Shown one piece after another: positions 25,201 to 37,324 of a stretch of 64,000 nt of DNA. The notes below the pieces were generated by a model. The model searched no databases and was not told the origin of the DNA. It saw only the letters and a list, made by a program, of their open reading frames with translations. Origin of the DNA: Lingula anatina (Eukaryota; Animalia; Brachiopoda); the NCBI GenBank assembly GCA_051362555.1, contig CM120641.1, forward strand, positions 46,816,401-46,880,400, in the 5' to 3' direction. Both the position numbers and the translations under genes were made by a program. Numbering within the stretch: position 1 is the first letter of the stretch; each line of letters starts with the position of its first letter.

Positions 25201-27718
25201 TCCAGAGAACACCACCGGAGAACCAAATCACAGTGAGCCCAAGGTGGTTTACCGCACAAGGAGTACATCTCCATCAAGGAGTGGAGCTGGTATAGAGAAG
25301 AAACGGCTGTCACAGAACCACAGTTTACCTCCTATACCTGGGAGCCCTTTGGTTTCCAAAGCTATGAGCTCTGACAATTTCCCCATTAAAAATACTGCTG
25401 AGGTAACCTTACATTTTAATTACACTGTTGGCATTACCAATGGTTATCAAAAGGTGACCTGGAAATAATTTTTGTTTTAAAAACAAGCAGTTCTAAGTTT
25501 GCTGTATAGATTTTCAAAAACTGCTGTATCATATTTAATCGTTTCTTTTTTACCCTTTTTCTGTTTGTATACATGTGATGAAATAATATCTTGTTTTCAC
25601 CAGCTTCCATCCACACAGCCAGAAAAGAAATCCTGGTACTCCACCTTCAAACCTTCTAGTATCAGGAAAAGCTGGCGGATCAGGAAAGCCTTGTCAGAGG
25701 CCAATGTGCACAAACCTGCATCTCCCACCAGGTGAGAACTGGCCCCCATTTCACAAAAAAAAAAAAAAAAAAAACTTAAGTCAGTTCCCTGGCTTAGTTG
25801 ACTAGGATTTCCATGAGAGTGCTGTTACACTGCTCCTGATAGGGTAAGATGTGACCATTTAACCGTGGTAATTAAGTTCTTAGCCAGGGAACCTGACTTA
25901 AGTTTTTTTTTTTTTGTGAAACCGGGGTCTGAACATTAAGTTATATGTCAGAGAGGGTGATCAAATGAATGGCTGGTAATGTGTTTATGAAAAATAACAA
26001 TCTTTTAAATTATTTAAAAAAATGAAATATAAAATCAGACAATTATGTTTCTATATATCCTAGAGCTACAAAGGCTGCGGCGCCCAGTAACATGTATCGT
26101 GGGGTGCAGGGAAAGGTGCTGGGTGCCAGGGGACTGACCGTCCACCAGGGGGACCTCTACTGTAAAGTTCGGTTGGAAAGGTAAGATGTGGAGCCTATAG
26201 AATCAAACAGTTAAGGCTTGATCAATAGAAAGGTGTCATGTATACAATTTTTATTGTGTGTTATCAAATAGGTGATAAAATTATTATACTGTCTGACTAA
26301 TTTTAAAAGTCAGTGACATGTAGTTTCTCTTATATCCCAAATTAAACTGTGTACTTTGAAACAAAGTTTTAAAAAATATGTACAGGCAGGGGACACTTGA
26401 TATGATAAGCTTTATCATTACTGATTTTTCTGTTGAAAAAAGTATAAATGTGACATTCACTCAGCTTACAAAACATGAATCATTATTGATTTCAATATCA
26501 GGTTCAGCCCTTACAAGTCGCAGAAACAGAGCAGAGGCAAAGAAATTGCTAAATCTCCTGTTGTTCGTGCTTGTGCAGAGCCAGACTTTCATTTAGAATT
26601 TGATGTAAGGCACATTCTTAGTTTGAATTGTATAGCCTTAGCAGAGGTACATGTATCTAAGGATTTAAATTTAAATACATAAATACTGGTATACAACAAA
26701 TTTCATGCAAGAAAATGCTTTTTCATAATGGAATATAGGATGTGGAGAATTTTTCTTAAAAAAGATGAAATAAAAATTAGCATATACCAATATATATTTT
26801 AAAGTACTAGCTCTTAAGTCACCAGCAAACAAATCCAAATTGTCAATACACAGCATAACTATTGATTTTATTAAATTGCCAACAGCTAGATGAAGGGCAA
26901 GGCATCCATGAGAATTCCGTCCTCATCTTTGATGTCAAGAATGTTAGAAAAGAACACATTGGACAACGAGGAGTGTCTCTGAGACAGCTGCTGAAAGGTA
27001 AGAACCACATCAAAACACTTCATTATAGTTTAGAATTAATATAACATCATTTATAATGTATATAATTTTTAAGAGATGTAACTTTTGTTATTCATGATGA
27101 ATCACAAGAGTAATAATTTTAGTCCTGTATGTTGTTAATGCTGCATAATAATTCATTAAAAAGTGAGGGCATTATCTTATATTCTTCCACACATCTTTCT
27201 AAAATACAGATAAGTGAAAACAGACTTTAAGCAAAAGATTTGTAGACTGTAGAAGTCTTGGCATTTTGCACGCTCTTTCCACTCGTCATCTGTGACAAAA
27301 GTCCACACTGTTCTTGATCTGCTTAAATGACAGTAACAATCTCTGCATAGAGTACTACTGGTAATTGTAAAAGACCACCTGCAACACTACATATACATCA
27401 GCTTGGGTTTTATGCTTCCTTGGATGGTTTGATCTATCTAGGATTGAGCAGATATAATTGTAGCATATAAATTGTAGAGTTTTAAATCTTATTCTCATTT
27501 GTTACAGATATTACAGGTATTGAGTGAACCCTAAACATTTTAACCAATAACCTGCACCCATTTGTTTTTTGTATCTTTCAGACTCCCAGGAGGTGACCAA
27601 GTGGCTGTCACTAGAGGGCAGCATTGAGCTCCAGGTCCAGGTCTCCGCTGGCAATGCTTCCCAAAGTGGTAACCACACTCTGCCAAGAAAATCCCCTTTC
27701 AAGTTACTCAGATCTTGA
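6413..27718 (+). CDS. Extended synaptotagmin/tricalbin-like protein: N-terminal TM hairpin, SMP domain, three C2 domains, ~320-aa low-complexity linker, C-terminal C2; ~25 exons
   Basis: In-phase GT-AG exon chain approx. 6413-6717, 9585-9673, 11841-12072, 12645-12773, 13586-13770, 15048-15122, 16008-16129, 16338-16435, 16739-16875, 17211-17320, 17568-17651, 18105-18194, 18449-18576, 18775-18851, 20993-21047, 21882-21950, 22620-22759, 23367-23453, 23760-23852, 24443-25402, 25604-25731, 26063-26180, 26502-26604, 26886-26997, 27582-27718. Motifs: ETAEWVNFIVNRWW and FTLGNHTP (SMP); GKNLMAMDMNGSSDPF, KKNTLNPVWNE and VWDKDPFGQDFLG (Ca2+-binding C2). Confidence 0.85.
6740..6915 (+). mobile_element. 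3' end of a LINE/SINE-type retroposon with (TTA)n tail, copy 1
   Basis: ctgcaaatg...ttcatatcatttagtgctcagtaaac followed by (TTA)n; homologous to 22100-22258. Confidence 0.6.
8829..8997. mobile_element. Degenerate short TIR element with CAGGG...CCCTG ends (hAT-like)
   Basis: cagggccagatccag...ctcaatcttcccctg with repeated internal gtcttc/gaagac motifs; no clean TSD. Confidence 0.35.
13793..14006. mobile_element. Fold-back MITE, Harbinger-like, ~22 nt downstream of a splice donor
   Basis: ttcttgctaaattgc/gcaattttagcaaggaa arms; shares sequence with 2702-2926 and 22889-23157. Confidence 0.6.
14268..14424. repeat. Degenerate inverted-repeat element
   Basis: atctgtgcac/gtgcacagat outer arms; gcctgcagc..cattttga/tcaaaatg..gctgcaggc inner arms. 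Confidence 0.5.
15110..15712 (+). repeat. 18-bp minisatellite (~33 units, consensus like aaggtcaacctaYcagRt) starting at the 3' end of E-Syt-like exon 6; frame stays open to 15661
   Basis: Repeated ggtcaacc...cagata/caggta units; the ORF track gives KVN(L/P)(S/P)(D/G) hexapeptides in frame with the exon. Confidence 0.9.
21071..21302. mobile_element. Fold-back MITE, Harbinger-like, ~23 nt downstream of a splice donor
   Basis: Starts ggggcctttcacaatg; arms gactaacatgcctcctcttg/caagaggaggcatttgttagtc; homologous to 30070-30293. Confidence 0.65.
22100..22258 (+). mobile_element. 3' end of a LINE/SINE-type retroposon with AATAAA and (TTA)n tail, copy 2
   Basis: cctgcaaatg...ttcatatcatttagtgctcaataaac followed by (TTA)n; matches 6740-6915. 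Confidence 0.6.
22889..23157. mobile_element. Fold-back MITE, Harbinger-like
   Basis: Arms actagttgggtcg/cgacccaactagt, tctcgctaagtgc/gcacttagtgaga, cctccttgagc/gctcaaggagg. Confidence 0.75.
25742..25928. mobile_element. Fold-back MITE with CTG 3-bp TSD, ~10 nt downstream of a splice donor
   Basis: gcccccatttcac(A)ncttaagtcag...ctgacttaag(T)ngtgaaaccgggg; ctg at 25739-25741 and 25929-25931. Confidence 0.75.
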
Positions 27719-28763
27719 CATGCCATGGAAAATGAAATTTAATTTCTTGCCAGTATAGATATTTCATGTATCCAATTGCTATGTCATCTAGCAACACAAA
27801 GTTTACCCATGACATTAATGGATGGGAATATGTAAAGCATACCTTAGTGGTGCTATTCACTTTCACTTTTAATGGTCAGCAGTTTTTATGACCAAATCAG
27901 GTTTAAATAAAATAATGATGCATGACATCGATGGTGCTTGAGATATTAACGAAGTGGCCTTATAGATGCCGCTGAAACCAAACAAATTAGAAGTCTTACA
28001 TGATGGTCTTCTATAAGAACTTGTGATACGAAAATACTGATTTTATTCCAGAACTGGCTCTTTTAACAAGTGATATGTATTAGCAGTATATTTATATTTG
28101 TAGCATATTTTGTATACAACTGAAACTTAAAACGATGTAAACATATACTTCACCTCTGTAGCTTCAGGCCTTTATGTCAAGTAAGGATGATTTTCAGTAT
28201 GTTTAGATTAAAACATTAAACGTAACATTTTCTTTTCTAAGGAATATGACATTCCTTTGCATCTGATGTTGAGCATTAAAAGCAATGACATTTGTAATAC
28301 CGAATTATAGGGTTTTCATTAGTCAATGGGGAAAATATGCAAGTTTAATAAATTTAGAACGAAAAAATATGTACAATACATTAGAACATTCATTGCAAGC
28401 AGTTCCTGGTGTGATAGAAATAAATCTGGTGCTTCTTTCACTGAAAGGTGCTTTAATAGTTATAAAACTACTGTCAAATGTTATGCCGTTTTAAAAAATT
28501 ACAAATTAGGGTTTTTATGCCTTGTTATTACGTTCCAGCGTGTGTCCGTCTCTCCATTCTTTGCTTTAGTCAAAACAAACTAAGTCACAGAACAGTATCC
28601 AATAATTTAATAGGCCTAGGTTCATGTTATATCAAACAATGCCTCTTTTATCCATATTTTATTTAATTCTTTTTTGAGCTGATACACTGATACATTAAGT
28701 CAAATTTGTTTATATTTCTAACTGTTCTGGTGCTTCTCTCTTTCTCTAATGACTGCAGATTTT

Positions 28764-31700
28764 TCAACTTGGTTCATTATTCTTGTCATCTTTTGACTTC
28801 TCAGTCTTTTTCTTCTCAGTGTCTTGTTTTGTTTGCAGTTCATGTTCTTTGATAATCTGATCAAGCTTGTCAATGTCCTTAATTGATACTGTTGCAGATC
28901 CCCTCTTTGCAGGCTTTTTCTGAAGAAAAAAAGTAATAATTTTTTGACAATTTAGGACTTTAAATGACAACATCAAATGATCGTAAAATTCAAAATTCTG
29001 CAAAGGTCTAAGCTCTTGTTTAATAGCAGGTGCTGTTTGTAAAATGCAAATTGCCTGACATAATAGTTGACCTTCATTATCTTAATGAATCATTTACCTG
29101 AGATGGATGAGGCTTCCATCCAATAAAATGTATAATTTGAAATGTGGCCGGTAAATTCCCATCTTCTAGTCCATACATTTCTGAAAATTGAGAAAAGGAA
29201 ATTGACAATTGAAATTTTAACTTAACAGCGCTATGAAAATCCACTTCCCATCTAAAAATCTATTAAAGCAATAATAACTCTTCCTTTGAGATTCAAAATT
29301 CCGCATGAAAAACATTGTAAACAACGCATGGAAATATATTTTATTGTATTTTACCACTAAAACGGCCGTTATTGTAGTAAAACTAAAATCTGTGCTTGTC
29401 AATAGGGCTTACGATGCTTTTCTTCCCGGTCATCAAGGCATTCGTTGCTAATGACGTAATGGTGTCACGCGGATTCTCGCGTTCATTCGAGACCAAAATA
29501 ACATATGGCGGCAAACGCATTAATGCAGACGCAGACGTAAGTTGCGAGTTTTTGTACAGTGCGTCGGATAACGAAAAGCCCAGAATGGCACACATTGTGG
29601 ATATTAATGTATTTTTAACAAAAAGACGAATATATCTCATGAATCTTATATAGTGTTGTTGTTGTCTGCTTTTCCCGCGGTTTTAAGTAGGTCAACAGTG
29701 ACTATGCGATGTCAGAGAGAGCTCCGTCAGTTAAAATCTCTTAAGAGATTTTAACAAAAAACCGTACGTTTAGGAAAAAAACCCTGGATTAACTTTGAAT
29801 GCAGGAATGGGGTCGCTGACCATTGGTAAGTACGGGAAAATTGCCGTTTACTCCAGGAAAATCCAATTTTTGGCCAAAATGAAGAGTTATTATGACTTTA
29901 AGTTAAACACAAAAAATAAATAAATAAAAATAAATAAATGTACCTCTGTATATGGCATCGGCAGCAATCAGGGTGTCTCTTTGAATGTGGGACTTTCTAT
30001 TCCATGCACAATTGTTTTCACCCATTCCTGTATGGAAAAATTGTAATTATACCATAAGAGATTATAAAAGGGTGTGTTTACAATGAAACTATTATACTAG
30101 GTAGAACGATCCAACTCTGTGGGGAATAGCGGAATGCAATCAGATTAACACACTTCCTTGTTTTAAACTTGTATAATCACCAGTCCTTCTACTCTATGCC
30201 AGTCGGAGGCATGTTAGTCTGTTAATCTGATTGCATTCAGCGCGAGTTCCTGTCTGATTAATCTATTATGATAGTTTCATTGTGGAAACTCACTAAGAAA
30301 ATAGAAATATTGCACATGGAGTGAAACTTGTTCAAAAACAATTTATCACTGGTAATTTAACATAAACTGTTAAATTACCTTACCTTTCAGATCTTCCATC
30401 ACTTCAAACATGGATGGGTATGCAATATTGATTTCTTCAGTATCCTGAAAAATATTATAATTTTTTTTACCAAACTAGAAAGACGTATACCGTGATCTAT
30501 GTAACTGTTGTTATGTGAGAAAACATGCATTTGACCTTTAGCTTTTAGCTCAGCCATTTAGAATAACATATTCATTTGAAAAACATGAGGAATCGGGAGT
30601 ATAAGAAATAAGAAAACAATACTTCATGTTAAATTTTTGACACTAAGCTATTTATTAAGAAAAATTGTTGTAGAGTACATATGTACATGCCATTGTGACT
30701 AAATTAAATCCAGCTCTATCCAACAGAGCTCCAATATCTATTGGTTCTACAAAAGGAGATATATGTGGTCCAAACCCCTGAAAAGAAGAAAAAATATTAA
30801 AGGAATTAAGTGGAAAAAACATTAAACACCACCCTTAAAATTCTCACATCATTAAATTCTTGTGTTATAAATATCAGATCTTTAAAAACACTAAGTGATA
30901 AAAGCAAACCTCCTTCTAACTGTTAAACACTATCTTTTAAAATATGCATTCAACATATGCTGTTTATATTGCAAAAAGTACAATAAATTATCATTAGCAT
31001 TATTATTTTTGTTATTAGACAGACAGTTCTTACCCCTTCCCTTTCTATCTCAGCCAACTGTAGAGAACAGCGCAGTTCATACAGAGTCTCTCCACCAAAC
31101 ACCGTCCCCAAGAAAGCACCATCTGGTTTTAAAGATCGCTGAATCTGTAGAGATACAGATGCAACAAACATACTAAATTAGAGAAATGAGAATTTTAAAA
31201 ACCTTGCCACATTTATGAGATACTTGCTGCAGAAATGCTTCAAATAACTTGTTTTATTTCGATAACTAAACACTAGTTAACATCCATTAAAAGGTAATGT
31301 TTCAGCTATAAGCTAACCTGCTTAAATGTTCCTGGTAAATCATTCACCCAGTGTAGGCTGAAATAAAGAAAAATACATGAGTATTTATAACTGCACATAA
31401 CAACAGGATTGCCATATTAAGATGTATACAACAAAGTTTTGACAAATGATTACTTTTTACTATTAACGTATATCTGTGCTATTAGATAATATCAATGTAG
31501 TAGATGCAGGACAACAGATCTACACACTATGAGAGAATTATGACATTGGCAACCCTGAAACAAAAACAACACAGCTCTGGGAACAATATAGCTATTTCTC
31601 TGAAAACCAATTGCAAACTAATTTTAATTTAATGTTGGTGAGATTTTTATAACATGTACCTTAAGCCACTGACAACTAAATCTAGAGAATTTTCTTTAAA

Positions 31701-32917
31701 GGGAAGATATTCTTCATCTGCTACCACACTGAAGGTCTTGATATCCTCATTTTTGCAAGCTTGTGCCTGAAAATGAAAGAGGGAAAATTATAAGCACTCA
31801 ATATCTGTGTACTCTAATCCCGACAAAATAAAAAAAAACTATAAATATGACATATCCAGTAAAGAATGTGAATTCTGAAAATTTCAGCACTCAAACTTAG
31901 TGGAAAAGAATTTGTTTACTTTTCTTAAAATATTTTCAAAATTTTGTATTTACATTTGACACTGATCAGTATTAAAGTTAGCAAAGTTCAGAACACTTGC
32001 CTCTACTCGACTAACTATCTAATAAACTGCAGTCTAATTCTTTAATATACTATAGTGTAATAGCCTTACCAGAACCATCTCAGCCATTTCACACTGAATC
32101 AACGTCCCTACTGTATCTGGGTCCATGCTGCTGCCAATATGGCCTCTCCCACAACCCAAGTCTACAACCACGTTGAACTTCCTGAAAATCATGGTACAGG
32201 TAGTAATATGAACACTTGAAATCGCTGCTGCCTAATTTACAGCTGACCCCCCTATTCTTCTTAGCATAAAAGTAAATAAAATAAAAATGCAAAAAAGTTA
32301 CAGTATCAATAAGTACATAATTAAGTAAGAGAAATGAAGATATAAGAGGCAATCTAAAATGTTTCTGCTACCTTTTAATGTCTCTTATTCTATCAGCTAG
32401 ACTGTATCCCACCTGAAACATATAGCATAAAACCACTAATTTTAATCTGAATTCAACAGACACACTGCCACAATAAGAAGAAACTACAACATATATATTC
32501 CTGATCAGGAATAACTGGCTTAAAAACCAACTTTATTTGACAAGAACAAATTATCAAATAAAACAAATCAAGGCCAGTCCAAGAAATCCTCCTATGTGAG
32601 GACATGATCCTTAAACCTCTGTAAAAACGAATTTCAAGATTCAGAATAATCACCTTATCTCTGATGTACTGATACACTTCATAATCCTCCATCAGAGCCG
32701 TTCTGTTTCTTTGCATTTTCTTGGCTTTTCTGTCAAAGATATTTTGGACAGGTTGTTGTTTTTGTTTACATTGTGCGCACACAGAAAATGCTCTTGCAGA
32801 TTTTGCAACAACTTGTGCATGCTTGGCACTTTCTAGTGCCGTAAATATGCATTTTCGCTGCATAACGTTTGAAATTAGGAGACCCTTCTCCAGTGGAAAT
32901 GCTCGTATTCCCTGCAT
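28764..32917 (-). CDS. NDUFAF5: Arginine-hydroxylase NDUFAF5, mitochondrial complex I assembly factor (SAM-dependent fold); ~11 exons
   Basis: Spliced translation: mitochondrial-presequence-like N-terminus, [109 protein letters not shown]. Confidence 0.95.
30070..30293. mobile_element. Fold-back MITE, Harbinger-like, in an NDUFAF5 intron
   Basis: acaatgaaactat/atagtttcattgt and gaatgcaatcagattaaca/tgttaatctgattgcattc arms; homologous to 21071-21302. Confidence 0.7.
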
Positions 32918-32925
32918 GTTACTTA

Positions 32926-32943
32926 ACCGGAAGTAAACGGAAG
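32926..32943. promoter_or_regulatory. Tandem ETS/GABP-type motifs just upstream of the NDUFAF5 start codon
   Basis: accggaagt aa acggaag; tandem CCGGAAGT-type sites are typical of housekeeping and nuclear-encoded mitochondrial gene promoters; motif match only. Confidence 0.4.
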
Positions 32944-33166
32944 AGCATGGACATCGACCCGCACAAATTGAACACTAAACTCTGATTGGATATTAATTTT
33001 GAAGGGACTTTTGGGGTGCGTCTACAAAGGGGAGGGGGGCAGAGGAGGAGGGCAAATTGCAAGTTTTAACACTGTTATTAGCATCAGAAATTGTAATTAA
33101 TTAACCACTTATTTGGTGGATTTATTAAATTATACATCTATGTACATTTAGATATTTTCTGTATCC

Positions 33167-33243
33167 TTTTTATGTACAGACACAGATGTGTCTGTACATA
33201 TAGCCATCATCTGCGTCTGTCGTCGCCGTCGCCGTCGTCGCTG

Positions 33244-33274
<31 letters not shown>

Positions 33275-36200
33275 GCACTTTTACCGATAACACGATAAGT
33301 GGAAAACCATTTTACCTTTTGACTTGAAACTTGCAGAACTGATGAATATTCATAATACGCAGGTCAAGTTCGAAAATCAGCATGATCAGGTCACTTTTAG
33401 GGAATTTATGCTGTTTTGTCACTTTTTTCAGCATATATGCAGCACCGATAACACGATAAGTGGAAAACCATTTTACCTTTTGACTTGAAACTTACAGAAC
33501 TGATGAATATTCATAATACGCAGGTCAAGTTCGAAAATCAGCATGATCGGGTCACTTTTAGGGAATTTATGCTGTTTTTTCACTTTTTTCAGCATGTATG
33601 CAGCACCGATAACACGATAAGTGGAAAACCATTTTACCTTTTGACTTGAAACTTACAGAACTGATGAATATTCATAATACGCAGGTCAAGTTCGAAAATC
33701 AGCATGATCGGGTCACTTTTAGGGAATTTATGCTGTTTTTTCACTTTTTTCAGCATATATGCAGCACTGATAACACGATAAGTGGAAAACCATTTTACCT
33801 TTTGACTTGAAACTTACAGAACTGATAAATATTCATAATACGCAGGTCAAGTTCCAAAATCAGCATGATCGGGTCACTTTTCGGTAATTTATGCTGTTTT
33901 TTCACTATTTTCAATATAAATGCAACACTGATAACACAATATAAGAAAAACGGATTGGCCAATTGTAATTATACTCACAGGAGTGGTCAATCTTGCTAAA
34001 ACGCAGGTTGAGTTCAAAAATAAGCATAATCGGGCCATTACTTAAGAAGTTATACTGTTTTTTCACATTTCCTCAGATTCAATTATTAGGCATGTTAACA
34101 GTCTCATTATTTAACTAATAAGATGCCTAAAAGTGTTTGTTTGATATTTCCTGCATCTTTACAACATTGTTAGTTGATTATGTAAAAAACATGGTAAACT
34201 TGTTATCATGTATTGTGTAATAAAGTGTCAAAAATGGAAATAAACTCATATCATTGCAGTTTGTCAGATTCAATAATCCACTATGTTCAGAATCTCAGAA
34301 TGGAGGAAATTGGACATTTAACACTGTTCTATTGATACTTTTCCCATCTCATCAATTTTCTTAGTTGGACATATAAAAATGGCAGTAAAATGTTTATTTT
34401 GTTTTATGTTAAAAAAGTGTTAAAAATGGAAATAAACCCATTTCAGAACAGTGCTGTCTTGTTTACATTTTGGCATTATCAAGGCGTGACTTTGAAGTTC
34501 CATGGGCCTGAAGACCTTTGCTAGTCACATTTTCTGAATATCTGTGATACAAATATTTTATAATTAAAAATTGATGGTCATTAAGCTGTTAAACATTATG
34601 TAATATTGCATCAAAATTTGAAGAAACCCCCATTTTGGGCACTGCTTCCATGATGACCATTTAAGGAAAATCATGTCACTTACTGTTCTCAAACTTACAG
34701 GATAGAAACATGGGACTAAAATACAGCTTCAGTAGGCAATGCAGTCTGTTTGGTTTTTTTTTTTTTTTTTTTTTTTTTTGGCAGTTAAACAGTTCTTTGT
34801 GAAAATTTAATTTTTCACATATTGGCATTTTCAAGGTGTGACTTTAAAGTTCCATGATACTGAAGACTTTTGCTTGTCACATTTTCTGAATGTCTATGTT
34901 ACTAATATTTTATTAATAACATTTGATTATGTGAAAATTTAATTATTCATTTATTGGCATTTTCAAGGTGTGACTTAGAACCTCCACGGGCTTGAAGACC
35001 TTTGCTAGTCACATTTTCTGAATATCCATGATACTAATATTTTATTATTAAAAATTGATGGTCATTATGCTGTTAAACATTATGTAATGTTGCATCAAAA
35101 TAGAAGAAAACATAATTTTTGGTGTTGCTGGCATGATGACCATTATGAGAAAATCATGTTACTTACGGCTCAATCTTTCAAAAAAAGTTGGAAAAACAGT
35201 CTAATTGGCTTCTTTTTCTGGAATTTATACATTTTAGTGAAATATTCATTATTATCTTTTTGGCATATTCATTGTGGGACTCAGAACTCCCATGGACATG
35301 AAGCCGAATGGTAATCAAATTTTCTACATGTCCTTGCTATTCATAGTCAATAATAAAAAATTGGTGATCATTATTCTATAAATTATTATGTAATGTTACA
35401 TCAAAATTGACAAAAATATTTTTGTACTGCTTCTGCAAACATTATGGAAAGAAAACTGTGTTACTTATTATTATGTTTAACTTACAAGTATGATTTTTAG
35501 GATTGGCATGCAGTTCAAATTAGAAAGCCAGCTCAATTGGGTTATCATTTATTATTGAATTTATGCAATTTTGTGTTAAATTTTCATTTTTCTCATTCTG
35601 GCTCTTTCTAATTGTAAATTTGAACTTTGATGGACCTGAAGCCTTATGCTTTTACTTTCGTCGTTGTTACCTGTTCTGCATAATTAAAATTTGATATTGA
35701 CTGTGCAGTTAAACATAATGTACTATTGCATCAGAATTGGCAGTCTTCTATTTTTGTGCATTATTGTTTTGTGCTTTTCTTTAGCTGTGTCTTATGGGAC
35801 AAATTTGTGTGGTCAGTCTGTAAATTCCCCTTGGGTATTCACTAGGCTAAGTTTAGTGCTATAAACTCATTTGCCTGATTAAGTGGCCATTAAATGAGAT
35901 TTCATAAATCACACTTGTTGATATTTCCCTGTAAACTCCCAAAGGTTAAGCTCTCTGCTAGATAACAGTGTCCATAATAAGGATGCACTGAATAGCAGCT
36001 TCATTAGATTATATTTTTGTTGTTTTCTTTTTAATTTCTTCTCCAACACTGGCATTTTTAAGATGTGACTTTCCCATCCACCTGAGGCTCTGCACAATTT
36101 CTGTATTTCCACGTAAGCAGTTGTATTGGTATTCATGTCTTTAAACACTAGTAATATTATTTTATGCACTGTCATCATTTTTCTTATATTGGGACTTTCA

Positions 36201-36566
36201 TCATGTGAATTTTAACTCTCATGGTCATGAAACTATAATCTTATTGAAGGGGTGGATTGAGACCATCTTCTGGGTCTCCTGGAAGACAGTTAGATTTTTT
36301 ATATTGATGGGTATCTATTTTTTTCTTTTGGAAGACCATCAAAATGGAAGATGGATCAATAAAGATACTTTAGAATACTGTCAAAAATATTTCTGGATCT
36401 GCTCCTGTTATTGACCATGTTACCTGTTGTGCATAATGAAAAATCAGTGTTGACTGACTGCTATTATAAGCATTATTTATTGTTGCATCAAAATTGACAA
36501 AATGACCTCTTTTGCATCTTTTTTTCTGTTTTTTGTCTGTACATTTGACAGCTTTGCTGCCTTGTT
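33167..36566 (+). mobile_element. Non-autonomous Helentron-associated element (HINE/DINE-1-like), ~3.4 kb, with internal satellite
   Basis: 5' T-run plus subTIR/IR hairpin atgtacagacaca-ga-tgtgtctgtacat; (CGCCGT/CGT)n microsatellite; 161-bp tandem units; 3' subTIR tgtctgtacat (36534-36544), stem-loop gacagc-ttt-gctgcc, then ttgtt. Confidence 0.8.
33284..34070 (+). repeat. 161-bp tandem repeat: four near-identical units plus one diverged unit
   Basis: cYgataacac starts at 33284, 33445, 33606, 33767 and 33928. Confidence 0.95.
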
Positions 36567-37274
36567 TTTAATTAAAATATTAAAACTTTTTTTACAAGAA
36601 GTTGAGGGTAAAGTCCAGTGCTTAGCAGGCAGATCCCAGTTGTTCTGAGGAAACTTGTATTAGGCATTTACTATATGAAGTAAAGTATGCTTGTTCCAAC
36701 AGTAATCAGTGTAGTAATCTTTCTTCTTCACATACATATACTAGTATATAATTCTATTTAAATTGATAGCAAAAAAATTGTTCAGAACAAAATAATTTAT
36801 TTATTTGACCTTTTTCTGTTCACAATAAATTCACTTTTGCAAAACAAGAAAAACTAAATAAAGGAACAAATAAAATAGTTTAAATACTTAAAATTATATT
36901 AAATTAGTGACATGACTGAATCTCTTAACATTTTCAGATTCACAATGAGTACATACTGATTTTCTTTATCTACTACATGGTTGTACCATCTAAACTTAAC
37001 TTTAAAATTTAGTACCAGATTATATTCCAGTACTCCCAAAAACTTACAGGTATATGTATAATACTGCTTCTATGTGGAGTATTTGCCACATAACAGTTCA
37101 CTATCAATACTTGAATGAAGATATTGAAATAATCACTGCTGCCTTTTATAATGTATAGAATATAGATAAAACATTCAATTCATTTACCCTTGTTCCAGCT
37201 AACAAGCACATATGTTTTTAGATTTAAGGGCATTTGTTTTAAATCTGAAGTATCTTAAATATATTTTGACAAAA

Positions 37275-37321
<47 letters not shown>

Positions 37322-37324
37322 GTC

